Shown piece after piece: positions 13,497 to 24,851 of a DNA stretch of 64,000 bases. The notes beneath the pieces were generated by a model. That model worked only from the letters and a program-made list of their open reading frames with translations. It was not told the origin of the DNA and did not search any database. The DNA lies in the NCBI GenBank assembly GCA_951406725.2, contig OX597827.1:45818001-45882000 (forward strand), given 5' to 3'. The position numbers and the translations under genes were made by a program. The number at the start of each line of letters is the position of its first letter. Position 1 is the stretch's first letter. This DNA comes from Octopus vulgaris. Its lineage: Eukaryota.

Positions 13497-13671
13497 GTAC
13501 TCATGTACTTACATATACACACTATGGGCTGATACATTGTTGCATCCTTGCATATATATATATATATATATATATGAATGTATGTGCAGCCAAATTGAAG
13601 TCCTTTGTTTAAATCACTCAGAGACGAATTACAATTCGCAACCTGATATCTCACAAACCCACACACATACA

Positions 13672-13713
<42 letters not shown>

Positions 13714-13800
13714 CATACATATATATATGCATGCAAAGCTTTTCACCGACAGCTAAACAGACTGGCATTCATACATTGGTACATCCACACATACATACAC
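11840..13800. repeat. Compound microsatellite tract (TA)n/(CA)n/(TATG)n/(GA)n
   Basis: Seen directly. Confidence 0.9.
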
Positions 13801-14209
13801 TCGTTGCCCACCACAAGACAAGATGTATTACAGCCACAGAATCACAGTGAACCCATGTTTGATAATCTGTATTGCACTTAGTGCTTTGATATTTTATTGT
13901 TCCTGGAAGAATGAGGAGGGAGGAGGAGAGGAAAACCATCACACACCACACATGCCCACACACACACACATTTAGATGTAATACACAATGATAGAGTCTT
14001 GACATGGTTACTCGACTCACTAGAAATAACAGCCAAACATTTCTTCACAGATCATACCCTAGTCTCAAATAAAGGAAGGACACATTAAGTGATGTAGTCC
14101 AACAGGGCTCTAAAAAGACAGAATAGTCACGGTTGAATTGCCTTTGATCAAAGTGGTCAGTTAGCCTCGGGTTGAGCTAGGACTACACCACATTAATGTA
14201 CAAAAACAG

Positions 14210-14241
<32 letters not shown>

Positions 14242-15130
14242 AAAAGGACCACAGCAGAACTTGGTTATAGGAACAGCTCACCATTCTCTTCATCCATACA
14301 CATTCCTGAGCGGAGCTGATTCGAGGTAAGCGTAGCCAAACCCAGTGAAACCAAGCTGATCTGAGATAAGAGCATAGCCAAACCCGCAGCTAAACCAAGC
14401 TGATCCAAGCTAAGATATGCAGACCCAAACGTAGCCAATCCAAGCCAAGCAGGACTGGACTGATCCGAACTGAGTTGAGCCGTGTTCACCTGAGTTGAGC
14501 TGAGCATGTGATGAGCTGGTGTTAGTTGAGACTCAGAGAAAGACACAGTTCTCACTGTTTCTCCCTCCACCATACACCGTTCAGTCATATCGGAGTGTTC
14601 AGCCAACTCCACCTTCACCGTTCTTCATCTTTTATGTCTTTTCTCTTAGTCTTGCTACCTTCTCCCACCACACTGGACACTTGACCAACAATGGCCAGGC
14701 AATGTTTGTTGATGTTGGTATGGAAAGAGTGGGGGAGAAAATTGGATGGGAGTGGGGCGGAATGGGGGAGGGGGTGAAAGTAAATGTTTCTGCAGTAGAT
14801 ACTGCTGCCAGTTGCTGTTGGTAATGATGATGATGATGATGTTGATGTTTTACTGCTGCAGAAGGTGTCTCGTAAGAAAAGAAGCAGAAATAAGTGTGTG
14901 TGTGTGTGGAGACAGAGACAAGGAGAGAGAGAGAGAGAGAGAGAGAAAAAGAGAGAGAGAGAGAGGGAGAGAGAGGAACAAGATGAAAGGGGAGAAATGA
15001 AGGAATGGCAATGTTATGTTTCTAATTCAGCAATATTGGCAATGGCTCTGATGTTGTTGCTATTACTGTTGCTGATGACAGCTATAGGAAAAGAGAGATG
15101 GACTGAAAGACAGACATACACGCACACATA

Positions 15131-15185
<55 letters not shown>

Positions 15186-15288
15186 GTGTGTCTGTGTGTG
15201 CGTATATATGTGTATACATATATATATATATGTATACACACACACATATATATACACAAATACACACACACAGACATATATATATATA

Positions 15289-15448
15289 CTGTATATTAAT
15301 GTGTATAAGGAAACCCTTTTTGTCAAAAATTAGGTTAAAAAACATGGGAGTTTCTTATACATGGATAGTATTATAATCCCTTACAAAACCTTTTTTCCAA
15401 ATTTTAAGCCCGCAAAATTAGGGGGTTCCTTATACACATTAAAATACA

Positions 15449-15449
<1 letters not shown>
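15289..15449. mobile_element. TA-flanked MITE (Tc1/mariner-type) downstream of the MGAT1 stop
   Basis: TIRs CTGTATATTAATGTGTATAAGGAAACCC / GGGTTCCTTATACACATTAAAATACAG, embedded in (TA)n. Confidence 0.75.
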
Positions 15450-15487
<38 letters not shown>

Positions 15488-15796
15488 GAGAGAGAGAGAG
15501 AGAGTTGGTATCAGGATCATATAAGAGGAGACAAAGAGAAATATGAGGGAGATATATAGACAAAAGGACAGAGAGAGAGAGATAGATAGAGAGAGAGAAA
15601 GAGAGAGGAATGAGTGTGAGGGAGAGATAGAAAGGGAGAGAGAGTTCCGTTTCCAACACTGATATTGCTAAAGTTAATGCGGTTTCTGCTGCTGCTAATG
15701 TTAATGATGATACTGATCAAGATGATGATGATGATAGTGATGATGATAAGGATGATTTCAATACTTGAAAGCAGCAAAAACAAAACATACACACAC

Positions 15797-15829
<33 letters not shown>

Positions 15830-15912
15830 GGGTGGGAGATGGTTCAAGAGAGGGGAGATGGCATTGATGTTGGCGAAGGTAGTGTTGCTGTCGGTGGCAT
15901 TGGAGGTGATGA

Positions 15913-16026
15913 CTAGTTCCAATTTGGGTTATAACCGGACCATGTCGCGGGTGGTGTCAGGTAGACTCGTCTTGACTTGTGAATGATGCTGACTACACCT
16001 CTATAGCCGGCACGAGGGACTCCAGC
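15913..16026 (-). CDS. MGAT1: MGAT1 last coding exon (AGVPRAGYRGVVSIIHKSRRVYLTPPATWSGYNPNWN*)
   Basis: Acceptor ctttccgcaacag and TAG stop at 15913-15915. The peptide resembles the conserved GnT-I C-terminus. Confidence 0.95.
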   Translation of the reverse strand, partial: AGVPRAGYRGVVSIIHKSRRVYLTPPATWSGYNPNWN

Positions 16027-16241
16027 CTGTTGCGGAAAGAGAGAGAGAGAGAAAAAAAAAAGAGAGACAGAGATAGTGTGGTTAATTACTGGTTGAACAT
16101 AAGAGTGTAAGATGGATGAAATATTTCAACACACACATTTAAATAGAGAAACATACACATTCTATGAGTGAATTTTGAGACAAGTGTAACTCTAAAAACA
16201 AAAGGACACAGTATGTAACAATGTACAGCCTGTGCATAGAA

Positions 16242-16284
<43 letters not shown>

Positions 16285-16749
16285 TGTGTATATATATATA
16301 TGTGCAGGTGTGGGTTTGTGGTAAGAAGCTTGCTTGAAACCACAGTGTTTTGGGTTCAGTTCCACTGTGTGGCACCTTGGGCAGGTATCTTCTAACGTGA
16401 GTGGATTTGGTAGACAGAAACTGTCTACCAAATATATATATATATATATATAGCCAGTCCACTTATGCATACCTTTCCTTCTTGAAACAAAACTCTACTT
16501 GTGAAGACCTGTTGAGGCAAGTGAGAATCAGAATCAAAATCGATCAACATCAATGGAAATTGTAGCTGTGATACCAGTGCCGGTGGCACGTAAAAGGCAC
16601 CCATTACACTCATGGAGTGGTTGGCGTTAGGAAGGGCATCCAGCCATAGAAACATTGCCAGATCAGACTGGGCCTGGTGCAGCCTTCTGGCTTCCCAGAC
16701 CCCAGTTGAACCGTCCAACCCATGGAAAGCGGACACTAAATGATGATGA

Positions 16750-16806
<57 letters not shown>

Positions 16807-16835
16807 TATATATATAGATATATATATATATATAT

Positions 16836-16872
<37 letters not shown>

Positions 16873-18010
16873 TAGATAGATAGATAGATAATGGAAGGAA
16901 GGTTTTTATGATTCTTTTGGGGTATCTTCTTCCATTATAATTATTCTGTTGATTCAAGAAGCTGGAAATACGAAGAATGAAGTTCTCAGGTGAAGTAAAT
17001 TCAATAACCGTTTATTCACAGGTGCTTCGTACAAGGGGTTTGCTTTCAGTAACCATCTTCACAGCCTTGTCTCCCATACAATGTGAGGTTCAATAACCTC
17101 TAGAGACAATGCATGTAGTATCACAGCATGACAAAAGTCTTGCTGCGAGCTCCTGGCTTTGATGTCTTGGTTGGCGACAGCAAGAGAAGAATGAGAGGGA
17201 AAAAGTTTTTGTCTTTTCCTTAAATAATGGTTGCAGGTGAGATCTTGTTTTTGTCTCATGTATGGCAATGGTTGCAGGCAAGATCTCGCTGTTTCAAAAT
17301 GGCACTGGCTTCTTTGTGCTTTGCTACATATATTTGTGTGTGTATCTGTGTTTGTCCCCCCCACCATTGCGTGACAACCGATGGTGGTGTGTTTACGTCC
17401 CCGTAACTTAGCGGTTTGGCAAAAGAGACCGGTAGAATAAGTACCAGGCTTACAATGAATAAGTCCTGCGGTCAATTTGTTCGACTAAAAGTAGTGCTCC
17501 AATCAAATGACTGAAACAAGTAAAAGAGAATAAATGTGTGTATGCGTGTGTGATGTGTATATCTGTGTATGAAGGAGAGAGAGGGAGAAAGAAATTAGTT
17601 TTGAATATTTGAACTCAAAGTAGATAAAGCTACAAATGGTGGTGTATAAATACTGGGTAAAAAATTCCATCGATTCTGATAGCGTAAACAATATTCCCGT
17701 GTTATTTTAATTATTAATTATTTTCAAGAAATTATACAATAATGCCTCAAAAGTATGACAGATTGAAAATTGTCTAATGAAAAAACCCCAATCAGATAAG
17801 CATTTTCAAAACAGCGCCGATATGCCTTCCAAGGGAAACAACTCCCCTTGACTAAAATTGTATTACGGGAGTTAGCTACCTTAGATCATATCGTCTGCCA
17901 ACGTTGAGTCGTCGATTTTTAAACCATATTTTAAGACTTTGGAAAATCCATACAAAAGGTTTTCTCTTGAAAAACTTGTAACTAAAGTTTATTTTATTTT
18001 ATTAATTACA

Positions 18011-18404
18011 TCTTTATATATAAAAGTGAAGTTGTGTGTCTGTCTCCTACGATTTAGATTCCTAACTACTCCCACATTTTGCGGTGCAGTTTAACCAAAA
18101 CCGGGTATCTTATAGTCGTGATTCATATCGAGCCCTTCTGGGTATTAGCGCGCGTCTACGATGAGTCTACGATTTTAAAAATAATTTACCATCATTTTTT
18201 TCCATTTTAATGCATTTTTTGCTATTATATAAGGGAAGTAACTCTCCAAAAATGTCTACGATGAGTCAACGATTTAAAAAAAATTTACTATAATTTTTTT
18301 TCCATTTTCAATGCATTTTTTTGCTTTTTTTGGCTATAACTCTCTAAAAATGCTTTATAGTTATTTCCCTTACAAACCTGAGCAACGCCGGGCGATACTG
18401 CTAG
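18011..18404 (+). mobile_element. Non-autonomous Helitron
   Basis: A|TCTTTATATATAAAA... 5' end, subterminal hairpin CCTGAGCAACGCCGGG, and ...CTAG|T 3' end. No TSD; internal ~100-bp sub-duplication. Confidence 0.8.
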
Positions 18405-20003
18405 TGATTAATAAAATAGAAAAATAGTTGTTATTTTATTTTTGAAGTTTTTAATTTTAAAAAACATTACCAAAAATTTCCATATAAAAATATCTCATTT
18501 TTTTTTACTTGTTTCAGTTATTAGACTGCGGCCATACTGGGGCACTGCATTGAAGCGTTTAGTCGAACAAATCAACTCCAGCAATTTCTCTTTTTTTTCT
18601 GAACGTATCCTAACGGCCCCCTTCTTTCCTTTTCTCTCTGCCGCGCGCACGTGTGAGTGTGTCGTAGGATATTTACTCCCCGACCACGTGGTTTTAGATT
18701 CAGTCCCACTGTTGGTAACTTGCGCAAGAGTTTTCTGCTATAGCTTCGGTCCTACCAAAGATTTTTGAGTAGGTTTGGTGGACGGAAACTGAAAGACGTG
18801 TGTATTGTGTGTGCGTTTATGCATTATTATCGCAAATGGCTTCAATACTTGCTCTCGTAACTTCGGTCTTTAAATGTCAACAAAATTCAATTTTTTTTTC
18901 TCCAGTTATCTCCCCTACACACAAAAGTAACGTGCTCGTTATTCACAGAAATAGAGACGTTCTTTCGGATATGGGCCCTAGTATGCAACTGGTACTAAAT
19001 GGATGGGTGGACAAACAAGAGAAAGTTGGTACTTTCTGGTTATCTCACCCCCACTAAAGAACTGGGTTATCTGCCCGAACTAAAACAAAATTATTTTAAC
19101 CCTAAATAAAAAAAAAATTAATAACCATGAAAAGTGAAAGGATTAAACAACTTATTGAATCTGATATTTTTATAATAAATCATACAAAACTGAAAAACTT
19201 AAACATCTTATTAAATCTGATAGCATTTTTATAGCATATCATACCATTCCTATCGAAAATGGCCAAAAGTCAACAATGTGCTGAAGTACTGAATCAAAAG
19301 GATTTAACCCTTTTAATCCAATCTTTAATTTTAGAGGGGAGATAACCCAATTTTGTAATGTGTGATGATGATGATAGTTTTGAATCAACCCTTTAGCATT
19401 CAGATTATTCTGTCAAATTCTACGCCTATTCATTCACATTGTTTTCAATTAATCATGGATTATCTTGTAGCTTTGAGATTTCCACAATGTGATTGCTTAT
19501 TATCAGAATGATGCTCAAAACAGATGATAACAGACATTTGCTTTCACCACTACACTCACAACATCTAAATCTATCATCAGGAAAATGTTCTGCCATTAAA
19601 GAGCAGTGAACCTCACCTTCAAGAAGGCAGCTGAATCACTGTCTATAAAAAGGTAGCTGGATCACATCCAACTGATAAGAGGGTAGCTGGATCGTTTCCT
19701 ATCAGTAGCTGGAAGACTCAGTACCTACAAGGTGGCTGGGTCACTTTCCATATATCAGAAGGGAGATGGATCAATGCACGTCCGTAATATAAAATGGATC
19801 ATTGCCAAACCCACAAAGTTATAAATTGCTCATTAACTATCAGAATGAAGCTGGATCAGCCCCGACTTTAAAGACAGGTGGACCATTACTGACCTGCAAG
19901 AAGAAACTAGATCTCTCCCCAAATATGAAAAGGCAGCTGGATCATACTCCCCATCAACAAGACAACAACTGGTTTCTTTGGCATCCTGTAAAAAGATCTT
20001 TAA

Positions 20004-20223
20004 CCCTTTAGCGTTCAAACCGGCCGTATCTGGCCAAAATATTTAACCTGTTTTATATTGAAACTGACCAGATCTCACCTCTCACCTCAGCCCTACCATG
20101 TCATTCTAAAACTAAAAAATCACATCACAGAAATCTCTAAATTACAAGATAATAAATGATTAATTCAAAACAATATAAATAAACAAATATCACATTTGAC
20201 AGAATAATCTGAACACTAAAGGG
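20004..20223. mobile_element. piggyBac-like MITE (TTAA-flanked); related copies ~19389-19510, ~26650-26801, ~54447-54650
   Basis: TTAA|CCCTTTAGCGTTC...GAACACTAAAGGG|TTAA. Confidence 0.75.
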
Positions 20224-20461
20224 TTAATAAGATCCCTTTCCATCTACAAGAACATAACTAGATTGTTACTGGCCTACAAGAAGCGAGCTGGATCACTTCA
20301 CACTAACAACAAGGTAATTGGATCATACTCCTGCGTAAGATCCCAGCTGTTATCAGAGTGAGGCTGGGACAACACATCAACAAAAATCCAATTGTGTTTT
20401 ACACGCAACATCTAACACTTGTCATACAGACACCATAGCTTGGTGAACGCCATCAACTCAC

Positions 20462-20632
20462 CTTAAGATCGTCCATGATGCCTAGCTGCTTTGCAAACGT
20501 CTTGAATTCTTCTTTGGTGTTATACTGTACTCGGAGACATTTCTTGTCTTTGCCGATGCCGTTTACAACGTCTGTTGCTGTCACAGTCATACAACTGTAC
20601 ACTCGTTTTATAAAATCTACATCATACTTATC
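20462..20632 (-). CDS. MGAT1: MGAT1 coding exon (DKYDVDFIKRVYSC...LRVQYNTKEEFKTFAKQLGIMDDLK)
   Basis: Acceptor tcttttgctag and donor gtgagt; 171 nt, phase 0 to 0. Confidence 0.95.
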
Positions 20633-20675
20633 CTAGCAAAAGATATAAATAACATGTATTTAACAAAGCTGTATA

Positions 20676-20816
20676 TACATCATTTACACTTGATGGATAT
20701 TTGTCCTCATCTTGTTTGTTGTTAACACAACGTTTCGGCTGATATACCCTCCAGCCTTCATCAGGCGTCTTGGAGAAATTTTGAACCTGGGTTCTCATTC
20801 CTAAGGTATTTTTCGA

Positions 20817-20848
<32 letters not shown>

Positions 20849-21127
20849 TCACTGCCTGGAATCGAACTTGGAATCTTGGGGTTAGTGGCCTGCGCTCTTA
20901 GTGGTTAAGAGCACGGGCTACTAAGCCCAAGATCCCGAGTTCGATTCCAGGCAGTGACCTGAATAACAACAACAACAACATCATCATCAAAAAATACCTT
21001 AGCAATCAGAACCCAGGTTCGAAATTTCTCCAAGATACCTGATGAAGGCTGGAGAGTATATCAGCCAAAACATTGTGTTAACAACAAACAAGATGAGGAC
21101 AAATATCCATCAAGTGTAAATGATGTA
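20676..21127. repeat. ~450-bp palindrome made of two head-to-head family F SINEs
   Basis: 20676-~20900 is the reverse complement of ~20905-21127, centred near GCTCTTA-GTGGT-TAAGAGC. Confidence 0.9.
20724..20769 (-). ncRNA. Minimal type I hammerhead ribozyme (Penelope-like)
   Basis: Minus strand reads GACGC-CUGAUGA-A-GGCUG(gaggguauau)CAGCC-GAAA-CGUU-GUGUU. The core is intact, stem II is 5 bp, stem III is palindromic ACGU, and stem I is GACGC/GUGUU. Confidence 0.72.
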
Positions 21128-21176
21128 AAAAATATAAATAATGTTCATATGTAGGTGTTTTCTTTTATAATTATCG

Positions 21177-21220
<44 letters not shown>

Positions 21221-21618
21221 TTACCTCATCTCTTAAGTATAGAACCGTAATGTACACACACATGTATAATATATATTTGTATACACATGCACACACAAAC
21301 GGAGACAACCTTATAATTATTCACATTCACTTACATTTGAGAAAGTATATATGTGCATGATTACAGAGGCAAGCAATCAGGCTCTTACATAGACAAAATC
21401 ACACAAACACATATGTACAATTGCATACATTTGAACATAAACGGACATATAAAAACACAATCAGACAATCAGAGGCATGTACAATCAGACAGTCGAGTAC
21501 ACAGTCAGAGAAAGAAACACACACACACACACTTGTAAGTACATACATGCTCATATACGCACACACACACAAAATAAGAGATACAAACAGACCTACTCAA
21601 ACTAATTCAAATATACAT

Positions 21619-22010
21619 AGGCGCAGGAGTGGCTGCGTAGTAAGTAGCTTGTTTACCAACCACATGGTTTTGGGTTCAGTCCCACTGCATGGTACCTTGG
21701 GCAAGTGTCTTCTACTATAGCTTTGGGCCGACCAAAGCCTTGTGAGTGGATTTGGTAGACGGAAACTGAAAGAAGCCCATCGTATATATGTGTATGTATA
21801 TATATGCGTGTGTCTGTGTTTGTTCCCCTAGCATTGCTTGACAACCGATGCTGGTGTGTTTATGTCCCCGTTACTTAGCGGTTCGGCAAAAGAGACCGAT
21901 AGAATAAGTACTGGGCTTACAAAAGAATAAGTCCCGGGGTCGAGTTGCTCGATTAAAGGCGGTGCTCCAGCATGGCCACAGTCAAATGACTGAAACAAGT
22001 AAAAGAGAGC
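21619..22010 (+). mobile_element. Full-length CORE-like tRNA SINE family B
   Basis: GGCGCAGGAGTGGCTGCGTAGTAAG head, B box GGTTCAGTCCC, CORE-like CCTTGGGCAAGT and tail CAAATGACTGAAACAAGTAAAAGAG. More than 12 copies in the window. Confidence 0.85.
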
Positions 22011-22261
22011 AAAAGAGATATACGCAAATCCATTGAAAGAGAAAGACGTGCTAACACATACACACATTCAATGACACATACACATAGTGAGACACAAACA
22101 CGCTAAAACTGATACATATGCATATATGCACAAGACCATACATATACTGAGAGAGAGAGAGAGACTCACTAACACATGTCCACAAGCTCAAATACAAAAT
22201 TGCTGACAGACAGACAGACAGACAGACACGTACACACTCAAGAGAAAAGAAACTGCCTTAC

Positions 22262-22352
22262 CTGCATGAGGTAGGATATATCCTTCTTGGTGAAAGGCAC
22301 AAATTGTTGATTTAGTTTGATAAATTTGAGATGTTTGTCAAAGAACTGGCCT
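22262..22352 (-). CDS. MGAT1: MGAT1 coding exon (GQFFDKHLKFIKLNQQFVPFTKKDISYLMQ)
   Basis: Acceptor (tta)n-ttgtgatcatag and donor gtaagg; 91 nt, phase 2 to 0. Confidence 0.95.
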
Positions 22353-22526
22353 CTATGATCACAATAATAATAATAATAATAAATAATAACAATGGTGATG
22401 GTTACAGCCACATCGGAGTTGGTGATATGAAAATAAGAAGAACAAAAATGAGACATGAATAAATATAGGTTTGGAATTCATTACAAACACACACAAGTAT
22501 TTATAAATAGTTATCATTGGCCAGGG

Positions 22527-22652
22527 CAGTGGTTCTCAGCCAGGGGTTCATATGGCCCTTTCGGAATTCTATACGTATTCTATACGTATATCGATGTATA
22601 TACGTATAAGATTTTGTTTGGTATGCATATAATAATAATAATAGGTGACACT

Positions 22653-22686
<34 letters not shown>

Positions 22687-23025
22687 CTCAATACCACAGA
22701 TTTGCTTTTCAGTTGTTTGCTTTTCAGTTGTTTGACCTTAATCAGTTGACTATGTCCCTTAGGAGCTCACGATGTGTGCATATCTGATCACGGGCACAAG
22801 TAGTGGGGAAGTATCATAGCCATAAGATTTTGTTGTTAAAGTTTATGCACAATAAATTTATCATACCTCTACAATGCACAAAATATTTGAATTCTTTTTA
22901 TACAATTCCTTGTAAAATTCAATTATTAAAAAAATGTTTTCTAGACATCGAATGACTAGGAGGGTCCATCTGAGTGAAATAGGAATCAAAAGAGTTCTAA
23001 GGTAAAAAATGGTCAAGAAACACTG
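22527..23025. mobile_element. hAT/Charlie-like MITE (interrupted), related to 54762-55229 in opposite orientation
   Basis: CAGTGGTTCTCAGCC ... GGTCAAGAAACACTG ends. Confidence 0.5.
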
Positions 23026-23117
23026 GAATAATAGTAGATTGGGTTTTAGATAAGGGGGAGATAACTGTATCAATGACAAAAAAAATGTTACAAAGAACCA
23101 ACACATACAAACACACA

Positions 23118-23341
23118 CAGGGGTTGGGGCGCTGAAAAGTTTCTGGCATTGTAAAAGGGTGTTGTGAAAGGCCTGGTTGGAGGCTCAACCTTCCAAGTTC
23201 TTTTACGGGGCTAAGAAAAACTGAAGGACTGCTGCAATAAGTGTGTGAATCTGAGAGGGCAATGTGTTGAACAAAACCATAATCAACTGGTACTTCTGTA
23301 TTTTCTACCCAAAGCCATGAACTTTTCAGCTCTCCCTCGTG
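23118..23341 (+). mobile_element. Mariner internal-deletion derivative (MITE)
   Basis: TIR-like GCTGAAAAGTTTCTGGC / GCCATGAACTTTTCAGC; the interior retains transposase C-terminal codons (AWLEAQPS...NKCVNLRG). Confidence 0.65.
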
Positions 23342-23788
23342 TATATGTGTGTGTGTATATATATATATATCATCATCGTTTAACGTCCGCTTTCCATGCT
23401 AGCAAGGGTTGGACGATTTGACTGAGGTCTGGTGAACCAGACTCCAATCTGATTTGGCAGAGTTTCTACAGCTGGATGCCCTTCCTAACGCCAACCACTC
23501 CAAGAGTGTAGTGGGTGCTTTTACGTGCCACCGGTACGAAGGCCAGTTAGGGGGTACTGGCAACAGTCACTCTCAAATGGTGCTTTTTATGTGCCATATA
23601 TATATATTATTAATATTTAACAGAAGTAACAGAGTAACTCAAAGTGAGAGAGAGTTTCTGACAACAACCGAAATTCTCAGACCTTGAATTACTCTGTTAT
23701 TCCTGCTAAATATTAATAAAAATATACAAATAGTCATATTTGGAGTTCTATTTTTCCTGTCTGCATCACCATACGTGTGTGTGTGTGT

Positions 23789-23834
<46 letters not shown>

Positions 23835-24393
23835 CACCATTTAATGCCCATTGTCCATGCAGGTATGGGTTGAACAGTTTGATCAGGGCTGGTAAGCTGA
23901 GGGGTTGCACCAGACTGTGGTCTGACTTGGCATGGTTTCTATGGCTGAATGTCCTTCCTAATGCAAATCACTTAGAGTGTAATGGATGCTTTTATGTGCC
24001 ACTGGCACAGGTGCAAATTGCATGGCACCAGTATCTTCCACGACAACGATTTCACTTGGCTTGATGGGTCTTCTTCTCAAGCACAACATATTGCCAAAAG
24101 GCCTCAGTCATTTGTCATTGCCACAGTGGGGCCCAACGCCTGAAAGTTTCTTTTTATGTGCCACCGGCATGGGTGCTAGGACCAGCCACATATAGCTAAG
24201 GAGAGTCAGAAATTAAACTACATTCTATTTAAAAATATTATTTTACTTACAGGTAGGTAATTCAAATGTGTGTGTGTGTGTTTGTAAAAAAAAATCTCAA
24301 AGGTATGGCCATTATGGTTAAGAAGTTTGCTTCCCCAATACATGGTGTCATGTTTGGTTTTGCTGTGTAGTTGTACCTTGGACAAGTGTCATC

Positions 24394-24426
<33 letters not shown>

Positions 24427-24430
24427 CATT

Positions 24431-24814
24431 CAGTGTTTTTTTTTTATATATCGTGCTTTCACTTCACTACTGAGCGCAGCTCTGTGTGCTTTGGGTACGT
24501 GCTGTGATTTGTTGTGATGCTCTGATGGTTACTCTATTGAAAGTGTTTTGCGTGGGATGTGGGCAGTGCCCAGTAGTGCAATTTTCTGTATGTTATATGT
24601 GTTTGTAAGCCCTGGTGTTTTTGTTATGTATTTGTCTGAATATTTTTTTATCATGCCTAATGCACCTACTATGATAGGAATTGTTTCTGTTTTTAGATTT
24701 TAGTCTTTGTATTTTGAAAGTTTCTCCATTTCTTTTAGAGACACGTTGTCATCTGCTGGTATTGATATACATCAATTAGAAAGCATTTTTTTTCTTCATG
24801 ATCTCTGACAACTA

Positions 24815-24816
<2 letters not shown>
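24431..24816 (-). mobile_element. 3' fragment of an R4/Dong-like (restriction-like endonuclease) non-LTR retrotransposon
   Basis: IVVRDHEEKKCFLIDV / IPADDNVSLKEMEKLSKYKD / TIPIIVGALGMIKK...IQKIALLGTAHIPRKTLSIE*, with frameshifts. Flanked on both sides by (TAA)n. Confidence 0.8.

Positions 24817-24851
<35 letters not shown>

Noticed and set aside
11677-16957. Numerous ORFs rich in YI/HT/CV/LS/RE dipeptides (also 30523-31116, 40021-41354, 45840-46493, 57027-61227)
   Set aside because: They are translations of microsatellites and low-complexity DNA, with no coding signal apart from the true MGAT1 exons they overlap.
16947-17328. Possible solo LTR (TG...CA ends, minus-strand AATAAA)
   Set aside because: No matching target-site duplication and no second copy in the window.
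19615-20375. CRISPR-like repeat/spacer appearance
   Set aside because: The core is only ~10 bp and degenerate, spacing is irregular, the context is a eukaryotic intron, and there are no cas genes.
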